Position numbers and translations under genes: made by a program. A stretch of 64,000 nucleotides of DNA from Klebsiella phage HMGUkp2, in the sequence record PV683292.1; one strand, 5' to 3'. This document shows, piece by piece, positions 60,048 through 64,000 of this stretch (position 1 is the first letter of the stretch; every line of letters begins with the position of its first letter). Below the pieces are notes generated by a model. It saw only the letters and a list, made by a program, of their open reading frames with translations, was not told the DNA's origin and ran no database searches.

Positions 60048-63000
60048 TTATTCACCTATATTGACCTGGGTTGGATTCTCAGGATCACGAGGATTTCCTA
60101 CATTATCTTTAAGCCGTTCATCTACCAGCTCTCTATAACAAGAGAATGTTACTGCAGACTGGTCAAATAAAGGACTGTGCCGCTTACGTCTTTCACAAGG
60201 ACCTTGACCTTGGAATTGGCTATTATTATTCTCTGTGATATATTCTTGAGTACATGGGTAAGGAACACCTTTGTTTACATTATCGTAGTAAATAGGGTCA
60301 CCCCATGCGTCTCGTTCTATAGTTCCACTAGGAGAAATTGCGGCATTTCTGTCAGGATAATACGAAGGAATGCCTGAGTCCCACTTATAGTTCTTGAGTT
60401 TATTTATGGTGGTTTCAACGTGTTTCATACTAAGCCCAGCATTAATAAACATCGTGATCAAAGTAATACCGATGAAGCCGAAACCTACCGGATGAACAAA
60501 TCTCAGTACGTCATCTCTGTATCTAGAAGTAGGAAGAGAAGAACGAATTTTCATCACATAATAAGAACGAGAACGGTTAATATATTCTATGGTATTAGAA
60601 ATAAGTTCTTTACCACGAACACCCACAACAATCATACCTTCAAAAGAGGTCTTTTCAGATTTAACTTCTTGACCAGCGACAAATCGACCTATCATATTAT
60701 GAATAGTCATACGCCATAGAAGCTTACCGTCAACATATTCGCGCTCAATATATGTCACATTGCAACGACCTGAAGCTGTGTAAATCGTACGACCCACAAT
60801 ATCGTCATTGATATTATCAGAGTCAACAACTATATCATACTCGGTGCTGTTTTTAGATTCGATGTCAATTTCAACATCCTCATTATATAAAAGCTTGAAC
60901 AGAAACTTGTAGCTTTCTTCAATACCTTTTGTGGCGTAGAAGTCATTTTTACGAGCTTCAAAGAAACGTACTACAGCATCTCTCCGCTCCTTTGACAGGT
61001 AGATATTACGCTTATAAACTTCAGACCATAAGTATTCCCAAGCATGTTCTTCTCTAGGGTACTTATCACGAACAAGGTTCAGAAGCTTATTATAATGCGT
61101 TCCATATCCTTTAGAAATGAATTGTAAATAATAATTACTGAAAGCTTCAAAGTTAGTATCTTGAAGCAAATAACTATCTGGCATCATTTTACGAACTAAA
61201 GGAACTAAATCAGGATCTTGGAGACCAGTATCTTCTGTCGGGGTCCACGGAACTTCATGCTCTTGGTTTTGTAAAAACGCCTTAAACATTACATTTTTAG
61301 GCTTCCAAGTAATCTTAACATAATCTCTGACTCTGTATTCAAATTCATAGAATCCTACCAAAGTACCATCAGGTTCGTGGAACATGATACCAGAGGCATA
61401 TTTTAAGAAGCTATCGAACTCTACGTTAGGACAATAGAATACACCATCGCCTTTATTCCAAACTTCATGCAAAATACGGTTAGGATCTGTTAAAGACAGA
61501 GTATCAACATACTTGGTATAAGTAGTGTTGTTATAAACTACTAAAGCATGGTCCGTAGTAGTAACCCAGTTTCTATTTCCAGAACGGGCCATCCAGTTAA
61601 ACCAAGGCTCGGCATAAAATTTCATACGTCCAGGTTTAAACTCTTCCCAACCGCTATTTTCGTTAGATCGGAAGCTCATCATGTGCCAATGTTTATCATG
61701 ATGGTACTGGTAAGGCGCATAATACGAAATAGCTTCTGTAACCTTGGCAGGGTATTCTAAAGGAAGTTCATTATCAGGAACATATTCGTTATACCGAAAG
61801 TCGCCAGAGCTAAAGAACAGTTCTTGCCCATCAGTAGACATGCTAGACCAACCATGTTCAATTCTTCTACGTTCTTCTGCTGTGGTACCAAAAACTCTTC
61901 TAAAGCTTAAAGTATCTTCGTCAAATACGTAAACGCCTTTAATTGCTTCAGCTTCTTTAGATACACATTCAACATTTTTAGGGTCGGATGCATCAAGCCC
62001 TGCGGATTTTAAACGGCCTGTAATAAGAGCAAAGATTTTGCCGCCGATAGAATCCATTTTATAACAAACAGCTAGGTCATCACCGGTTATTCTGATTATT
62101 TCAGGCTCAAATAACTTTTCACCGAATGTAGGGGATCCGATAACTGTATCAACAGGGGCTTGTTTTAATTTAATTCTGCGAACTGTGTCTCTGGCTACAC
62201 CGTATAAGTGTGTATTGTTAACGGTCATAGCTTCTACTCTAGTATTAAGAATACCAGGCCATGAAGCATATACACCGAAGATTTCTACTTCGAACCCTAA
62301 ATTAAGCTGGTCACCTAACTTAGTAAATGTCACTTCGTTATCACTAAATCGAACTTCATCCGACGACCATCGAACATCGCTAGATTTACGCCCATAGAAC
62401 ACTTTATTATAGCCCAGGACGTATGTAGTAGTATTGGATTGATAAACACAGGTCCTTGAAACAGGATTGCCTACGCGATCACTAAAGAGGCGTACGTAAT
62501 GCCAGTTCTGGCCTTTATCATTAGATACTTTGACCATGTGCTGGAAACGTTCAAACAGATAGAGGTTGCCATCTATTTCAGCAAGCATGGTTCTGTCTTT
62601 ATCTACGCAGACCGCTTCTATAGGCCCTTGAATTTCATGGAATTCATCTTCACCTAAAACATATTGCTTAACTTGTGAAAGATCTTTATATTCAGTAGAG
62701 ATAGGAAAGTTTTCAGCCATCAGTGATGCTTGTAATGCAGCCGTATTGAAGTTAACATAGTTCATACGGTTCTTAATGAACTTTTCTTCAATGAACGGTT
62801 TCATAAGCATGAATTGGCTCATCTGTTCAAATGTGTAGGCGTTAACTTCAAATGTTTCAAAGTCTTCAGTTTCTACCCATTCCGAAGGTTCGAATCCCGC
62901 CGCGGTCGATTGTACACGCATTCTGTACGTGGTCATAGGACGCAAGTTATTTGCGAACCATTCGTTTTCAGTGGTATAACCTAGTGCACGCCAACTTAAA

Positions 63001-63155
63001 GAAGAACGGTCGAGAAGTCGACCGTTTTCATCTTCGATCTCGGCTATTTCTACAAAATAGTAGAAGTTTGCACCAACGTCATCCCAACGAATATTGACCT
63101 GGTTCGCTGATAGCTTGTGAATACGTAAGCTGGTGACGAAAGGTGCAATTGTCAT
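60048..63155 (-). CDS. 7: baseplate wedge initiator protein
   Basis: 1035 aa (T4 gp7 1032 aa); synteny between 6 and 8. Confidence 0.85.
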   Translation of the reverse strand: MTIAPFVTSLRIHKLSANQVNIRWDDVGANFYYFVEIAEIEDENGRLLDRSSLSWRALGYTTENEWFANNLRPMTTYRMRVQSTAAGFEPSEWVETEDFETFEVNAYTFEQMSQFMLMKPFIEEKFIKNRMNYVNFNTAALQASLMAENFPISTEYKDLSQVKQYVLGEDEFHEIQGPIEAVCVDKDRTMLAEIDGNLYLFERFQHMVKVSNDKGQNWHYVRLFSDRVGNPVSRTCVYQSNTTTYVLGYNKVFYGRKSSDVRWSSDEVRFSDNEVTFTKLGDQLNLGFEVEIFGVYASWPGILNTRVEAMTVNNTHLYGVARDTVRRIKLKQAPVDTVIGSPTFGEKLFEPEIIRITGDDLAVCYKMDSIGGKIFALITGRLKSAGLDASDPKNVECVSKEAEAIKGVYVFDEDTLSFRRVFGTTAEERRRIEHGWSSMSTDGQELFFSSGDFRYNEYVPDNELPLEYPAKVTEAISYYAPYQYHHDKHWHMMSFRSNENSGWEEFKPGRMKFYAEPWFNWMARSGNRNWVTTTDHALVVYNNTTYTKYVDTLSLTDPNRILHEVWNKGDGVFYCPNVEFDSFLKYASGIMFHEPDGTLVGFYEFEYRVRDYVKITWKPKNVMFKAFLQNQEHEVPWTPTEDTGLQDPDLVPLVRKMMPDSYLLQDTNFEAFSNYYLQFISKGYGTHYNKLLNLVRDKYPREEHAWEYLWSEVYKRNIYLSKERRDAVVRFFEARKNDFYATKGIEESYKFLFKLLYNEDVEIDIESKNSTEYDIVVDSDNINDDIVGRTIYTASGRCNVTYIEREYVDGKLLWRMTIHNMIGRFVAGQEVKSEKTSFEGMIVVGVRGKELISNTIEYINRSRSYYVMKIRSSLPTSRYRDDVLRFVHPVGFGFIGITLITMFINAGLSMKHVETTINKLKNYKWDSGIPSYYPDRNAAISPSGTIERDAWGDPIYYDNVNKGVPYPCTQEYITENNNSQFQGQGPCERRKRHSPLFDQSAVTFSCYRELVDERLKDNVGNPRDPENPTQVNIGE

Positions 63156-64000
63156 TGAGTAATTGGCTCCAATGTGATAGTTGTGTATTGAGGGCGTAAA
63201 TCGTTCTCAAATACGATAAGTGTTCCATCTCTTGAGAAGATAATATCTTGACCTGGCGTAGAATAAAGCTCGATGCTTTGGTCTTCAAAACGATCTGAAG
63301 TTACACCAAGAGCCCCAAGGTTCCAATAGATGTTATCACCCGGATAAGAGATTTCGCCGACTTTATAAAATTTAGTACGACCTTCTATAATAGGCTTGTT
63401 AAAATCAGATCCTGTGTACGGCTTAATATATGCATTCTCAACAATATCGCCGTCTCGGAAAGGCCCTATAACAATATTCCCTTTTCCTAACTCATCAGGG
63501 TCCGCTCCGTAAATTCTAACAGGATAACTCAACTCGGAATTAGCCACAAAAGAAATGTCGCTTGACTCTAAAGTCCGCTTATTAATTTGATTATAGTATT
63601 TAATACCACTTTCAGGCAGAACAAAATAATTAACAACTTCGCGAACCAATTGAATCGTGGCAGACGAACCTAAAATACTAATATTTGCATCATCTACATA
63701 AGTCAGCATTTTAGACTTACTAAATGAGCTATTGAAGATTTCTACTTCGTCACGATAATAGGTATCGATCTGATCTAAAATTTTATTTTCAAGCCACTGC
63801 TCAGATTCTTGTAACTTGTTCATAGCATAAGAAACTTTAACATTTTGCTTGATGAACAAATAATCCGGAGACATAATAGCAGGAGTAATAGGAGCTAATG
63901 TAAACGGCTCTAAATAAGCTTTAATGTCTTCACGTTGGACCGCTGTCAGTTGTAGACCTGATTTTGGTTTAATTGCAATAAATGCGTACCCTGGTTTATC
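63152..64000 (-). CDS. 6: baseplate wedge protein gp6, C-terminal part (gene continues past window end)
   Basis: In-frame ORF reaching the window edge on the - strand, upstream of and overlapping gene 7 as in T4. Confidence 0.65.
   Translation of the reverse strand, partial: DKPGYAFIAIKPKSGLQLTAVQREDIKAYLEPFTLAPITPAIMSPDYLFIKQNVKVSYAMNKLQESEQWLENKILDQIDTYYRDEVEIFNSSFSKSKMLTYVDDANISILGSSATIQLVREVVNYFVLPESGIKYYNQINKRTLESSDISFVANSELSYPVRIYGADPDELGKGNIVIGPFRDGDIVENAYIKPYTGSDFNKPIIEGRTKFYKVGEISYPGDNIYWNLGALGVTSDRFEDQSIELYSTPGQDIIFSRDGTLIVFENDLRPQYTTITLEPITQ

Overview
This window is a contiguous 64-kb segment of a T4-like (Tevenvirinae) myovirus genome. Gene content and order match phage T4 closely. 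Left to right: an early/middle nucleotide-metabolism block on the + strand (nrdA, nrdB, denA, rnlA, alc, spanin pair, pseT, cd, gene 31, rIII, a cluster of small early ORFs, DNA ligase gp30, alt). Then the baseplate-hub block on the - strand (54, 48, 29, 28, 27, 51) divergent from 26, 25, uvsY. Then uvsW and uvsW.1 (-), inh-like, hoc and rnlB (+). Then the - strand late structural operons: 24, 23, 22, 21, 68, 67, 20, 19, 18, 17, 16, 15, 14, 13, wac, 12, 11, 10, 9, 8, 7 and the 3' part of 6. Protein identities to T4 were judged by eye from remembered T4 sequences; they are high for NrdA/B, PseT, gp31, ligase, UvsY, UvsW, Rnl1/2, gp23, gp24, gp20, gp19, gp18, gp17, gp25, gp27 and gp54. Regulatory signals are also T4-type: early promoters (GTTTAC-N17/18-TATAAT) embedded in stem-loops (PeSL-like), TATAAATA late promoters, MotA-box middle promoters, and GC-clamped tetraloop terminators. 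Features that depart from T4 synteny are listed here. (1) An AroG-like class I DAHP synthase lies between the cd.x ORFs and cd. (2) A tandem, divergent second copy of the gp24 vertex gene is present. (3) A DprA/Smf-like gene next to it is broken by a -1 frameshift. (4) Two free-standing HNH homing endonuclease genes sit between 19/18 and 15/14. (5) A ~340-bp GC-enriched, hairpin-rich noncoding region precedes a very basic 60-aa ORF. (6) Fibritin lacks the T4 foldon C-terminus. No CRISPR arrays, tRNAs or rRNAs were found by eye. Several ORF-track starts are alternative-start artefacts and are corrected below (gp9, gp20, gp51, rnlA). rnlB is inferred to start at GTG because that reading frame matches the T4 N-terminus.
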